Of a stretch of 64,000 nt of DNA, positions 19,533-29,425 are shown one piece after another. Where the stretch lies: the NCBI RefSeq assembly GCF_963528315.1, contig NZ_CAURVV010000001.1, forward strand, positions 13,464 to 77,463. The letters run 5' to 3'. Made by a program: the position numbers and the translations under genes. The notes under the pieces are model-generated. The model had not been told where the DNA came from. It made no database searches and worked only from the letters and a program-made list of their open reading frames with translations. Positions within the stretch are counted from its first letter, which is position 1; the number at the start of each line of letters is the position of its first letter. Origin of the DNA: an uncultured Granulicatella sp. Lineage in GTDB: Bacteria; Bacillota; Bacilli; Lactobacillales; Aerococcaceae.

Positions 19533-20729
19533 TTATTCATGCGGTATGTCAATCGTTTCGTTTCTTTCCCACATTGGGATGCTGCACATTACAACTAGGA
19601 AAATGAAAGCTGATTGAATCCAAAATAGTGCTAAGTCGAAAATTCCGTGAACCGCAACAACGACTAAAAATGAAACATATAATCCAACAATTGGACGTTT
19701 TTGAGGTTGACGATTCATTTCAATCAAACTACGAACAGGTTTGATACTAGCAATCGCTAATAATAAAGTACCAATATATCCATAACTTAAAATCGTATCA
19801 ATATAGATACTATGTGCATGTTCATGATAAATGGCACCGATTCGTTGATAGCTATGCATATACGTTAATGGCCCTTCACCGAAAAATGGATTTTGTTTGA
19901 AAAGCGTGAATCCTGCATTCCAAATGGAAATACGTTCATCCATGGACGAATCTAATGTTCCCATTCGAACTCCAATATCATTTGAAAATAGGAAGAATAG
20001 TCCAATAATAAAGACGCCAACACTTAACCAAAATGCTCGAGAACTTTTAATCGTTGTAAATAAATAGATAATAGCCCCGCAAATAATGGCTGGGAAAGCT
20101 GTTCTATTTTGAGTAAAGTTCAATCCGAATAAATTGATAAAACAAGCGATAATACAGATGACTTTCCATTTCCAATTTTTGGTCGTTGTGAAAAGGTAAA
20201 AACCAATCATAATACAGAAACAACAAATGATTCCGTAATAATTTGGATTAAAGAATGTAACCTCAGCACGATTTTGATGCCAGACTTGCATATTTGGTGC
20301 TAAAAATGCGTAGTTAAATTTATGAACAATTTCAAAATGTTCTAAAAAGGCAAATAGCGCTGCAAATATACTTCCTAATAATATCGTCTGTAATACAATG
20401 TGGAAAAAGTCTTGATTAATCCGTTTCTGGTAATAAACAAAGAATATGGCAAACCATAAAAATAAAATGGAAGCTGCAACTCCTAGTAAATTTCCACTAA
20501 CTGCTGAGATAATTGTGCTATAGGTAATAAACGTTAATAACACGGGATAATTCAGTAGTTGTCTTAAAATACGTTTCATTTTTCCTGTGAAAATTAACAG
20601 GATAAAATAAAACAAGAACAATGATAAAAACAAGTAAAACGGCAAGAAGATGCTGACAATCATTAAATAGAGTGCCAAATCTTGGTTTGGGAATCGCTTG
20701 ATCTTATCAAGGATATACATTAGTTTCAT
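19533..20729 (-). CDS. O-antigen ligase (Wzy_C) family polytopic membrane protein
   Basis: 398 aa with about 10-12 TM segments and a central loop region. Confidence 0.55.
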   Translation of the reverse strand: MKLMYILDKIKRFPNQDLALYLMIVSIFLPFYLFLSLFLFYFILLIFTGKMKRILRQLLNYPVLLTFITYSTIISAVSGNLLGVAASILFLWFAIFFVYYQKRINQDFFHIVLQTILLGSIFAALFAFLEHFEIVHKFNYAFLAPNMQVWHQNRAEVTFFNPNYYGIICCFCIMIGFYLFTTTKNWKWKVICIIACFINLFGLNFTQNRTAFPAIICGAIIYLFTTIKSSRAFWLSVGVFIIGLFFLFSNDIGVRMGTLDSSMDERISIWNAGFTLFKQNPFFGEGPLTYMHSYQRIGAIYHEHAHSIYIDTILSYGYIGTLLLAIASIKPVRSLIEMNRQPQKRPIVGLYVSFLVVVAVHGIFDLALFWIQSAFIFLVVMCSIPMWERNETIDIPHE

Positions 20730-20958
20730 AATAATTCCTTTCTAAAAATGAGAATGCTCTCAAATGAATGGTATGATATCTGACTTATTTTACCATTTTT
20801 CATTGAAATGGGAAACATTTTTAAGCAGATTATAACTTTTCTCATAAAAAACATAGGCACGTGAGCAACATAGAAGACAAAAAACTTATGATAATGATAT
20901 GATATTTGTAAATTAAATCGTATAGATATTTTAAATAAAGATGAAAGAGGGAAAAAAC

Positions 20959-22308
20959 ATGAGAGAATACGATATTATTGCAATTGGTGGAGGAAGCGGC
21001 GGTAGTGCTACGATGAATCGTGCAGCCATGCATGGAGCAAAAGCAGCCGTTATTGAAGGAAATATCATTGGGGGAACTTGTGTAAATGTTGGGTGTGTTC
21101 CTAAAAAAGTAATGTGGTATGGAGCTTTAGTTTCAGAAACACTTAAAAATTATGCATCAGATTATGGATATACAATTGGAGAAACTTCATTTGATTTCAA
21201 AAAATTAAGAAAAAATCGTCAAGCGTATATTGAACGTTCACGTCAAGCATTTTCAAATAACTTCAATAGAAATGGAATTGACTATATTGAAGGATATGCT
21301 CGTTTTGTAGATAAAAATACAGTAGAAGTAAATGGTGAACTGATTCGTGCAAAACATATTGTCATCGCAACAGGTTCATATGCTTTTGTTCCAAATGTTC
21401 CAGGTAGTGAACTTGGTGGAACTTCTGATGATGTATTTGCATGGGAAGAATTACCAGAATCAGTATCAATTATTGGTGCAGGATATATTGCTGTTGAATT
21501 AGCAGGAGTTTTACATGGATTAGGAGTAAAAACTGACTTATTCGTTCGTAAAGGTGGACCGTTAAGAGGATTTGACCAAGGTATTGTTGAAGTGTTAGTG
21601 GAAGAAATGAAGAAAAATGGTCAACCATTACATACACATAAAGTTCCTCAAAAATTAGAAAAATTAGACAATGGAGATATTCAAATTCATTTTGAAGATG
21701 GTACAACTCATACAAGTCAAAAAGTTATTTGGGCAGTTGGACGTAAAGCGAATGTTAGCCAATTAAATTTAGAAGCAGCAGGAGTGGCTTTAAATGAACG
21801 TGGATTTATTCAAGTAGATGAATATCAAAATACTACAACACCTGGTATTTATGCACTAGGGGATGTTTCTGGTGAAAAAGAATTAACACCAGTAGCGGTT
21901 AAAGCGGGTAGAACATTATCAGAACGTTTATTCAATGGAAAAACAGATGCAAAAATGGATTATGAATTAATTCCAACAGTTGTATTCTCTCATCCAGCGA
22001 TTGGATCTATTGGTTTAAGTCAAGAACAAGCGGAAGCAAAATATGGTGCTGAAAATATTAAAGTATATGAATCAAACTTTGCAGGAATGTATTCAGCCAT
22101 TACAGTTCACCGTCAAATGACAAAATTAAAATTAATTACATTAGGTGAAGAAGAAAAAATTATTGGCTTACACGGAATTGGTGAAGGCGTTGATGAAATG
22201 ATTCAAGGTTTCGCAGTTGCGCTTAAAATGGGAGCTACAAAAGCAGATTTTGATGCGACAGTAGCAATTCACCCAACAGCTTCAGAAGAATTTGTAACAA
22301 TGAGATAA
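20959..22308 (+). CDS. gor: Glutathione-disulfide reductase
   Basis: YDIIAIGGGSGG FAD motif, redox-active GGTCVNVGCVPKK and the C-terminal HPTASEE motif. Confidence 0.85.
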   Translation: MREYDIIAIGGGSGGSATMNRAAMHGAKAAVIEGNIIGGTCVNVGCVPKKVMWYGALVSETLKNYASDYGYTIGETSFDFKKLRKNRQAYIERSRQAFSNNFNRNGIDYIEGYARFVDKNTVEVNGELIRAKHIVIATGSYAFVPNVPGSELGGTSDDVFAWEELPESVSIIGAGYIAVELAGVLHGLGVKTDLFVRKGGPLRGFDQGIVEVLVEEMKKNGQPLHTHKVPQKLEKLDNGDIQIHFEDGTTHTSQKVIWAVGRKANVSQLNLEAAGVALNERGFIQVDEYQNTTTPGIYALGDVSGEKELTPVAVKAGRTLSERLFNGKTDAKMDYELIPTVVFSHPAIGSIGLSQEQAEAKYGAENIKVYESNFAGMYSAITVHRQMTKLKLITLGEEEKIIGLHGIGEGVDEMIQGFAVALKMGATKADFDATVAIHPTASEEFVTMR

Positions 22309-22324
22309 GAACAATTTAAAAGAT

Positions 22325-22364
22325 AAGGATGCTTTTGTTTCGGCAAAGGTATCCTTTTTTGTTT
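22325..22364 (+). terminator. Intrinsic terminator after gor
   Basis: aaggatgcttttg / caaaggtatcctt hairpin followed by TTTTTTGTTT. Confidence 0.7.
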
Positions 22365-22436
22365 ACATGATATTAGTTGAAGAATGAAGGAATTGAGTGT
22401 ATGATAAATTGTCATAAGATTTTAGGAGGAAAAAAA

Positions 22437-23138
22437 GTGAAAAAATACCAATATTTAATTTTTGATTTAGATAATACAATTTTTGATTTTTGGGGAGCAG
22501 AAGACTATGCTTTATCTCGTATTAGCCAAGAAGATGGATTAGAATGGACTCCAGAAGTTTTAGAAGTTTACCGTACAATGAATAAAGGCTTATGGGAACA
22601 ATATGAGCAAGGAGAGATTTCTCAAACTTATTTGAATGAAGAAAGATTTGTTCGTTGGTTTGCATATTATGGAATTCAGGTAAATGGAAGTGTTTGTGAG
22701 AAAAAATTCCGTCACTATTTAGCAGAAGCGAATACGATGATGCCAGAAGCATTAGACATTATTCATGAATTAAAGAAAGACTTTGTCATGGTTGCAGCTA
22801 CAAATGGAATTGAAGAAACTCAATTACTACGTTTGAAAACAGCTGGCTTAGAAAACTTCTTTGAAAAGTTATTTATTTCTGAAGTAGTGGGATATCGTAA
22901 GCCAAGTAAAGAGTTTTTTGAAGCTGTAGTAGAGCAAACTGAAGGAATGACGATTGAGAACGCCTTGATGATTGGGGATAGTTTTAAGGCGGATATTTAT
23001 GGAGCGAGTCGTGTTGGAATGGATACTTGTTGGTATATGGAAAATCCAGAACGACCAACTGAACCTGAGGAATTGTTGGCTGTAGAGCCAACATATCAGA
23101 TTGGGCATTTATCCGAACTGAGAGAGTTTATTTATTAA
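22437..23138 (+). CDS. HAD-IA hydrolase (YjjG-like nucleotidase family)
   Basis: GTG start 6 nt after AGGAGGA. Motif I FDLDNTIFDF; motif IV MIGDSFKADIYGA. Confidence 0.7.
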   Translation: MKKYQYLIFDLDNTIFDFWGAEDYALSRISQEDGLEWTPEVLEVYRTMNKGLWEQYEQGEISQTYLNEERFVRWFAYYGIQVNGSVCEKKFRHYLAEANTMMPEALDIIHELKKDFVMVAATNGIEETQLLRLKTAGLENFFEKLFISEVVGYRKPSKEFFEAVVEQTEGMTIENALMIGDSFKADIYGASRVGMDTCWYMENPERPTEPEELLAVEPTYQIGHLSELREFIY

Positions 23139-23214
23139 AGGATTTAGTTATAGTAGCATTAGGACGCAAGCAGCCACCTGGCGGTGTCTCATTGCTGTTA
23201 CTATGAGAATCCTT
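23138..23214 (+). repeat. Structured intergenic repeat, short form, copy 5
   Basis: aaggatttagttatagtagca...GGACGCAAGCAG-hairpin-TCTCATTGC...ctatgagaatcctt. It lacks hairpins 2 and 3. Confidence 0.85.
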
Positions 23215-23276
23215 GGGTTCGGTCATATATATAGGGACGTATAGAATGTTAATGGATTTTTTGGGAGAGGATAAGA

Positions 23277-23657
23277 ATGGATCATATTGAATTATATGTA
23301 AGTAATTTACAGAAGACAAAATTATTTTATTCTAAATTTTTAGTTCAATTAGGATTTGAATTGTTTCAAGAATGGGAAGAGGGATTTTCTTATAAAAAAG
23401 GACAATTTTATATCGTATTTGTTCAAGTCAAAGAAAAATATCAATCAACTAACTACCATCGTTGTCATGTAGGATTAAATCATCTGGCGTTTTCTTGCTC
23501 TGATAAAAAGATTATTTCAAATATAAGAGAACAATTGATAGAAGAGAATGTAGAATTATTATATGATGAAAAATATCCATATGCTGGTGGGAAAAATCAC
23601 TATGCATTATATTTTGAAGATCCTGATAGAATAAAAGTTGAGATTGTATATCATTAG
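23277..23657 (+). CDS. VOC/glyoxalase-family protein
   Basis: 126 aa. N-terminal MDHIELYVSNL and C-terminal YFEDPDRIKVEIV are typical of the VOC fold. Confidence 0.7.
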   Translation: MDHIELYVSNLQKTKLFYSKFLVQLGFELFQEWEEGFSYKKGQFYIVFVQVKEKYQSTNYHRCHVGLNHLAFSCSDKKIISNIREQLIEENVELLYDEKYPYAGGKNHYALYFEDPDRIKVEIVYH

Positions 23658-23671
23658 TAATTTATTTTTTA

Positions 23672-23745
23672 ATGGATTTGTCTATAGTAGCATTAGGATG
23701 GCAGCAGCCCTGCGGTCTCTCATTGCTGTTACTATGAAAATCCTT
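23672..23745 (+). repeat. Structured intergenic repeat, short form, copy 6
   Basis: Same orientation as copy 5 and a nearly identical right half (tctcattgctgttactatgaaaatcctt). Confidence 0.85.
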
Positions 23746-23781
23746 ATATCAGTCATCTGATAGAATATCAAACTACAAAAC

Positions 23782-23830
23782 AAAAGGGATAAAATCACGT
23801 TCTATGAAACGATGATTTTATCCCTTTTCT
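23782..23830. terminator. Bidirectional intrinsic terminator
   Basis: aaagggataaaatc...gattttatcccttt 14-bp stem, located just 3' of the minus-strand tRNA. Confidence 0.7.
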
Positions 23831-23838
23831 ATATTTTA

Positions 23839-23921
23839 TGCGGCCGGCGGGACTTGAACCCGCACAGGTATACACCCACTGCCCCCTCAAGACAGCGCGT
23901 CTGCCATTCCGCCACGACCGC
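23839..23921 (-). tRNA. tRNA-Leu (anticodon GAG), type II with long variable arm; CCA not encoded
   Basis: Reverse complement is GCGGTCGTGGCGGAATGGCAGACGCGCTGTCTTGAGGGGGCAGTGGGTGTATACCTGTGCGGGTTCAAGTCCCGCCGGCCGCA. The acceptor stem pairs, the anticodon loop is TTGAGGG and the T-arm is GGTTCAAGTCC. Confidence 0.9.
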
Positions 23922-23983
23922 TCAATGTATGTAATCGTATCAAAGTTTTCCTTAGAATGCAAGTGTTAAAAATCGATGAAGGT

Positions 23984-24430
23984 TTACGGCTTTTCCTTTG
24001 AATCCAATACTAAACTTCCACGGCATCTACCACAACGGAATTTATTGGTATCAATTTTTCTCATACGGTGAAAAGTAGCCCCGCAAGACTTGCAAGAATA
24101 AACGTATCGATAAGGTTCCATTCGTTCTACAAAACGGAGCCCCTCAACTTCTCGTAAGAGCATTTTAAAATCTCTATCTTGGTGTCGATAACCTTTTCCT
24201 TCTTGATGTAAGTGATAATGACATAATTCATGTTTAATAACGCCAATTAAGACTTCTTTACCTAGAATCGTTTCAACTTTAGGATTAATCTCAATGTTTC
24301 CTGTTTTCAAAATATAACGTCCACCAGTTGATTTTAAACGAGCATTATAAGTGATTTGATGGCGAAACTCTTTATGAAAGTATTTTTTTGAAATTTCTTG
24401 ACATAATTGTTGTAAGCCTAATTCTTTCAT
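23984..24430 (-). CDS. SprT-like zinc metalloprotease family protein
   Basis: HELCHYHLH zinc-binding motif and a C-terminal CxxC...CxxC zinc ribbon. Confidence 0.75.
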   Translation of the reverse strand: MKELGLQQLCQEISKKYFHKEFRHQITYNARLKSTGGRYILKTGNIEINPKVETILGKEVLIGVIKHELCHYHLHQEGKGYRHQDRDFKMLLREVEGLRFVERMEPYRYVYSCKSCGATFHRMRKIDTNKFRCGRCRGSLVLDSKEKP

Positions 24431-24560
24431 TTACATCCATTCCTTTATTTTAATGTATCCATTGTAATATAAGAGAGGAGATTATTGCAATTCATTGACG
24501 TTCTTCTATTATAAGAGTAAAATGACACTCGGAAGATTTTAAAGACCTGGAGGAAAATGT

Positions 24561-25913
24561 GTGAAAATAGTAATTGTTGGTGGAGGTAAGGTCGGCGAAG
24601 TACTTTGCCGTGAACTAACTTCAGAAGCAAATGATATTGTTTTAATTGATAAAAACCCAGTCATTGTAGAAAGAATGATGAATAAATTTGATATCATGGG
24701 AATTGTTGGAAACGGCGCAAGTTATGATATTCAACAAGAAGCAGGAGTTGCGAATGCAGATATCTTTCTTGCTGTATCAGAAATGGATGAAATTAATATT
24801 ATTGCAGCCATTTTAGCAAAACAAATTGGAGCGGAATATACAGTAGCTCGTGTTCGAAATCCAGAATATTCTCAACAATTGAATTTTGTTAGAGAAAGTT
24901 TAGGAATTTCCTTATTAATTAATCCGGAATTATCAGCAGCACGTGATATTTTTAAAATTTTTAAATATCCATCTGCTTTAAGTGTGGAAAGTTTTGCAAG
25001 TAATCGCGTAAGTCTGATTGAGTTGGAAATTCAAGACCATTCACCATTAATTGGATTAAGCTTGAAAGACTTCAGAAATCGATTCGGAACTATTTTAGTT
25101 TGTGCAATTCAACGTGATTCTGAAGTATTTATTCCAAGTGGGGATTCTTTTATTCAAAAAGGTGACCGTATCCATATCACAGGAGCATATGAAGATATTT
25201 CTACCTTCTTAAAAATTACAAATTATATTACCAAACAAGTCCGTTCTAGTTTAATTGTTGGTGGAGGAAAAATTGCTTACTATTTATTAGATATGTTAAA
25301 AACGACTAAAATCCATCCAAAACTGATTGAAGTCAATGAAGAACGTGCGAAATTCTTAAGTGAACAATTTCCAAATGCAACAATCATTCATGCAGATGGA
25401 ACAGATCATGATGTATTGGAAGAAGAAATGTTGACAAATTATGATGCCTTCGTTTCATTAACAGGAATTGACGAAGAAAACTTAATTTTATCAGTATTTG
25501 CTAAACACCGTGGAGTTCGAAAAGTTATTACTAAAATGAGCCGTACTGGTATTTTAAAAGTATTAAAAAATGTCGACCCACAATCTATTATTACGCCAAA
25601 ACAAATTGTTGCGAATGAAATTGTTCAATTTGTTCGTGCTCGTGCGAATACAAAAGGATCAAATGTAGAGGCCTTATATCGTGTAGCCGATAATCAAGTA
25701 GAAGCATTACAATTCCGTATTGAAAGAAATAGTCGTGTTTGTGGCATTCCTTTATCAAAATTAAAAACAAAATCGAATTTATTAATTGCCTTTATCGTTC
25801 GTGGGGAAAAATTAATTTATCCGGATGGAAATGACCAATTAGAACCACATGATAGAGTAATCGTCGTAACAACTCAGAAAAACTTCGATGATATTATCGA
25901 TATTTTGGAATAG
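24561..25913 (+). CDS. trkA: Trk system potassium uptake protein TrkA (two RCK units)
   Basis: GTG start. IVIVGGGKVG and a second LIVGGGKIAY Rossmann motif; 450 aa. Confidence 0.85.
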   Translation: MKIVIVGGGKVGEVLCRELTSEANDIVLIDKNPVIVERMMNKFDIMGIVGNGASYDIQQEAGVANADIFLAVSEMDEINIIAAILAKQIGAEYTVARVRNPEYSQQLNFVRESLGISLLINPELSAARDIFKIFKYPSALSVESFASNRVSLIELEIQDHSPLIGLSLKDFRNRFGTILVCAIQRDSEVFIPSGDSFIQKGDRIHITGAYEDISTFLKITNYITKQVRSSLIVGGGKIAYYLLDMLKTTKIHPKLIEVNEERAKFLSEQFPNATIIHADGTDHDVLEEEMLTNYDAFVSLTGIDEENLILSVFAKHRGVRKVITKMSRTGILKVLKNVDPQSIITPKQIVANEIVQFVRARANTKGSNVEALYRVADNQVEALQFRIERNSRVCGIPLSKLKTKSNLLIAFIVRGEKLIYPDGNDQLEPHDRVIVVTTQKNFDDIIDILE

Positions 25914-25916
25914 GAG

Positions 25917-27392
25917 TTGATGATTTTGCAAAGAAGAACAGTATGTTATTTGGTAGGAAAAATTTTACAAGTAGAAGCTTTATTATTACTTCTACCATTA
26001 ATCGTTAGTTTGATTTATCGTGAAAGCCTCCATCAACTGTTAAGTTATGCTGGAACGATTGCTTTGTTAGTAGTTATCGGGACACTTTGTACACTAGCAA
26101 AGCCTAAAAATATGAAAATCATGCCACGAGACGGAATTGTAACGGTAGCGTTAAGTTGGATATTATTATCATTTTTTGGTGGTTTACCATTTGTATTTGC
26201 AGGAGAGATTCCTAATGTAGCAGATGCATTTTTTGAGACGGCAAGTGGTTTTACAACAACTGGATCAAGTATTTTAAGTGATTTGTCTATTTTAGGATAT
26301 TCTTCCTTATTTTGGCGCAGCTTTACCCATTTAGTTGGTGGAATGGGAGTTCTAGTATTTGCGTTAGCGATTTTACCAAGTACAGGATCTGATTCCGTCC
26401 AGTTGATGCGTGCAGAAGTTCCCGGACCAGTTTTTGGAAAATTAGTATCAAAATTAGCAAAAACTGCCAGAATTTTATATGCAATTTATTTAGTGATGAC
26501 TGCGATATTAGTCATTATTTTGATGCTTGTTAAAGTTCCGTTATTTGATGCCTTATTATTATCATTCGGGACTGCTGGAACTGGTGGATTTGCGATTAAC
26601 AATGCAGGATTTGCCATTTATCAAAATCCTGAGATGGTTGAGTGGATTATCGGTGTTGGGATGATGCTATTCGGTGTGAACTTTAACTTATATTATTTCT
26701 TATTATTAGGATCGATTCGAGAAGTATTGACGGATGAAGAAGGACGTTCTTATATTGGAATTATTGCATTTGCATCTGTCGCTATTTTTGCTTCATTAAG
26801 TATCGTTCAATCACAATTGGATGTTCCATTCAGAAGTGTATTCTTCACAGTTTCATCGATTATTACAACAACTGGATATTCTACAGCTGATTTTGGGTTG
26901 TGGGGTGTATTTCCTCAAGTAGTGTTATTACTGTTAATGTTTATTGGTGGATGTGCTGGTTCTACTGCTGGGGGAATTAAAGTTTCTCGTGTCGTAATTT
27001 ATTTCAAAAATGCCATCGCAGAAATTAAAAAAATGGGACAACCACGTCGAGTGATTATGTCGAAGTTTAACGGAAAAGTAGTTGACGATAAAATGTCGAG
27101 TGGAATTGCGAATTACTTATTAGTATACGTGGCTGTATTTTTGGTATTGTTAATTTCTGTTTCTATTGAAGCACCTGACTTTTTAACAGCATTTTCAAGT
27201 GTTGCAGCGACTTTTAATAATATTGGTCCTGGTTTAGGAGAAGTGGGACCAACAAGTAATTTCTCTATGTATTCTGATTTTAATACGATTTTATTATCTC
27301 TTGGAATGATTGCTGGACGTTTAGAGATTTATCCAATGATTTTATTATTCTCTACCACTTCACTAGGAGCGTTCTTCATTTCTGAAAAATAG
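25917..27392 (+). CDS. trkH: TrkH family potassium uptake membrane subunit
   Basis: About 490 aa and polytopic, with repeated TTTG/TAGTGG selectivity-filter-like motifs. The exact start (TTG 25917, ATG 25920 or TTG 25926) is uncertain. Confidence 0.85.
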   Translation: MMILQRRTVCYLVGKILQVEALLLLLPLIVSLIYRESLHQLLSYAGTIALLVVIGTLCTLAKPKNMKIMPRDGIVTVALSWILLSFFGGLPFVFAGEIPNVADAFFETASGFTTTGSSILSDLSILGYSSLFWRSFTHLVGGMGVLVFALAILPSTGSDSVQLMRAEVPGPVFGKLVSKLAKTARILYAIYLVMTAILVIILMLVKVPLFDALLLSFGTAGTGGFAINNAGFAIYQNPEMVEWIIGVGMMLFGVNFNLYYFLLLGSIREVLTDEEGRSYIGIIAFASVAIFASLSIVQSQLDVPFRSVFFTVSSIITTTGYSTADFGLWGVFPQVVLLLLMFIGGCAGSTAGGIKVSRVVIYFKNAIAEIKKMGQPRRVIMSKFNGKVVDDKMSSGIANYLLVYVAVFLVLLISVSIEAPDFLTAFSSVAATFNNIGPGLGEVGPTSNFSMYSDFNTILLSLGMIAGRLEIYPMILLFSTTSLGAFFISEK

Positions 27393-27403
27393 GGGGGATC
27401 GTT

Positions 27404-28321
27404 TTGAATCAATTAGTAAAGGGAAGAATTTACACATTAATTGGAGCCATTTCGTGGGGATTATCTGGAGCCTGTGGTCAATATTTGATGAATGATTCAG
27501 CAGTTTCTCCTATTTATTTAACAGCATTACGAATGATGATTGCAGGTTTAGTTTTAACTTTATTTGCATTTTGGAAACAACCAAAACAATTTCGTGAAGT
27601 AGTGAAGTCTCCCAAAATAATGGGAAGAATGTTGTTCTTTGGAATTTTTGGATTGATGTTATGTCAATTAACGTATTTATTTGCCATTCATACGTCCAAT
27701 GCGGGAACGGCGACTGTACTGCAATATACTTGTCCGATTTTAATTGTCATTTATGTGAGTATAAAAGAGAAGACAGTACCAACGGTAATGGAATTTGTTG
27801 CAATATTTTGTGCGTTAGTTGGTACGTTTGTTATTGCAACTCATGGGAATCCATTTAACTTATCCCTTAGTCCAGCAGGATTATTTTGGGGAATTATTTC
27901 TGCATTTACCTATGTATTATATACTTTGTTGCCAGGTAAATTAATTCAGCAATGGGGAAGTTTAGTTGTAACAGGATTAGGACTATTATCTGGTGGAATT
28001 TTATTTTATATCGGAAGTGCTAGTTGGCAATATACGATTCAATGGAAACCTTACACTTTATTTGCATTTATTGGTATTATTGGGATAGGAACTATTTTTG
28101 CCTATACATTGTATTTAGAAGGAGTTTCACTCATTGGACCTGTTCAAGGGAGTTTATTGGCTTCTGCTGAACCAATTTCTTCGGTATTTTTCTCGATCAT
28201 TTTATTAGGAGAAATATTTCAAGTAATAGATGTTGTGGGAATCGTACTAATCTTAATAGCCGTTTATCTCATTACAATGAAAGAACAATTGCAAGAAAAA
28301 CATATGAAAATAAACCATTAG
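27404..28321 (+). CDS. DMT superfamily (EamA-like) transporter
   Basis: 305 aa with 10 predicted TM segments arranged as two EamA-like halves. Confidence 0.7.
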   Translation: MNQLVKGRIYTLIGAISWGLSGACGQYLMNDSAVSPIYLTALRMMIAGLVLTLFAFWKQPKQFREVVKSPKIMGRMLFFGIFGLMLCQLTYLFAIHTSNAGTATVLQYTCPILIVIYVSIKEKTVPTVMEFVAIFCALVGTFVIATHGNPFNLSLSPAGLFWGIISAFTYVLYTLLPGKLIQQWGSLVVTGLGLLSGGILFYIGSASWQYTIQWKPYTLFAFIGIIGIGTIFAYTLYLEGVSLIGPVQGSLLASAEPISSVFFSIILLGEIFQVIDVVGIVLILIAVYLITMKEQLQEKHMKINH

Positions 28322-28324
28322 CCT

Positions 28325-28359
28325 ATACCTCTGTGAAGTAGATTCGCAGAGGTATTTTT
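28325..28359 (+). terminator. Intrinsic terminator
   Basis: atacctctg / cagaggtat hairpin followed by TTTTT. Confidence 0.6.
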
Positions 28360-28436
28360 AGTAAATTCTTAATAAAAATCTCCACAATTTTTCAAAGAAA
28401 TAGAGTAAGATAGAAAAGTCAAAGGAGGTTAATGAC

Positions 28437-29378
28437 ATGAAAAAAATAGTTCGCCCTATAGTGGTGGCTACGATGCTATTAGGACTTGTTTCTCAGCAAG
28501 TTTATGCAATTGATACAACAGCCATTAATGAGAAATGGGGGAAACCAACCGTTGTTTATGGTGGAGGATTAAATGATCAACAAATTAAAGAAACATCTAA
28601 ATTACTAGGAATTAAAGATGAAAATACAGTTACAACAACAAAAGCTACAGGAGAAGATTTAGTGAAGTATTTAGGTGCAGGAGAAGCAAATACTTCAGTA
28701 ATGATTTCATCGGTGATGGTTCAAAAGAGAAATAAAGGAGAAGGGGTAAAAGTTCATATTGCTACTCCGAAAAATATTACGCTTGTTACTTCTGAACAAT
28801 ATGCTAATGCTGCCATTACAGCAGGGGTAGCTGATGCAGAAATTGAAGTAGCGGCTGTCTCGAAAGTAACTGGTGAATCTGCTTTAACAGGTGTATATAA
28901 AGCTTTTGAAGCAAATGGTGTTGTATTAGACGGAAAACGTACAGCCGTTGCACAACAAGAATTAGAATTAACCAATCAAATTGCTCAAGAACAATCGAAA
29001 GAAAAAGGCTTTGATGCTGCAAAATTAGACCAGGCTATGATTGATATTAAGAAATCTCTTGCTGAAATTAAAGAAAAACAAGGTCAAGTAGCTACAAAAG
29101 AAGATGTTGAAAGAATTGTTAACGAAGCATTGAAAAAATATGGATTAGATAAAGTCATTAGTCCAACTCAAGTGAATAATATTATTCAGTTTGCCTTAAG
29201 TTATCAACAAACAAGTGCGATTGATTCCAAACAAGTCTTAGAACAATTAAATTCATTATCCAATACAGTAAAAGGAAAGATTGGTCAATTAGTAGATCAA
29301 GCGAATCGTGAAGGTTGGTTGGATAAAATCGTGGCATTTTTTAAAGAAATATTTAATGCTATTTTTAGTTCAAAATAG
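28437..29378 (+). CDS. Secreted DUF1002-like protein
   Basis: Signal peptide (ATMLLGLVSQQVYA), then WGKPTVVYGGGLNDQQ, which is typical of DUF1002 proteins. Confidence 0.55.
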   Translation: MKKIVRPIVVATMLLGLVSQQVYAIDTTAINEKWGKPTVVYGGGLNDQQIKETSKLLGIKDENTVTTTKATGEDLVKYLGAGEANTSVMISSVMVQKRNKGEGVKVHIATPKNITLVTSEQYANAAITAGVADAEIEVAAVSKVTGESALTGVYKAFEANGVVLDGKRTAVAQQELELTNQIAQEQSKEKGFDAAKLDQAMIDIKKSLAEIKEKQGQVATKEDVERIVNEALKKYGLDKVISPTQVNNIIQFALSYQQTSAIDSKQVLEQLNSLSNTVKGKIGQLVDQANREGWLDKIVAFFKEIFNAIFSSK

Positions 29379-29386
29379 AGTGCAAC

Positions 29387-29420
29387 AAAAAAGTCCATAG
29401 AGCGAATCTATGGACTTTTT
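29387..29420. terminator. Bidirectional intrinsic terminator
   Basis: aaaaagtccatag / ctatggacttttt hairpin between convergent genes. Confidence 0.7.
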
Positions 29421-29425
29421 ACTGT

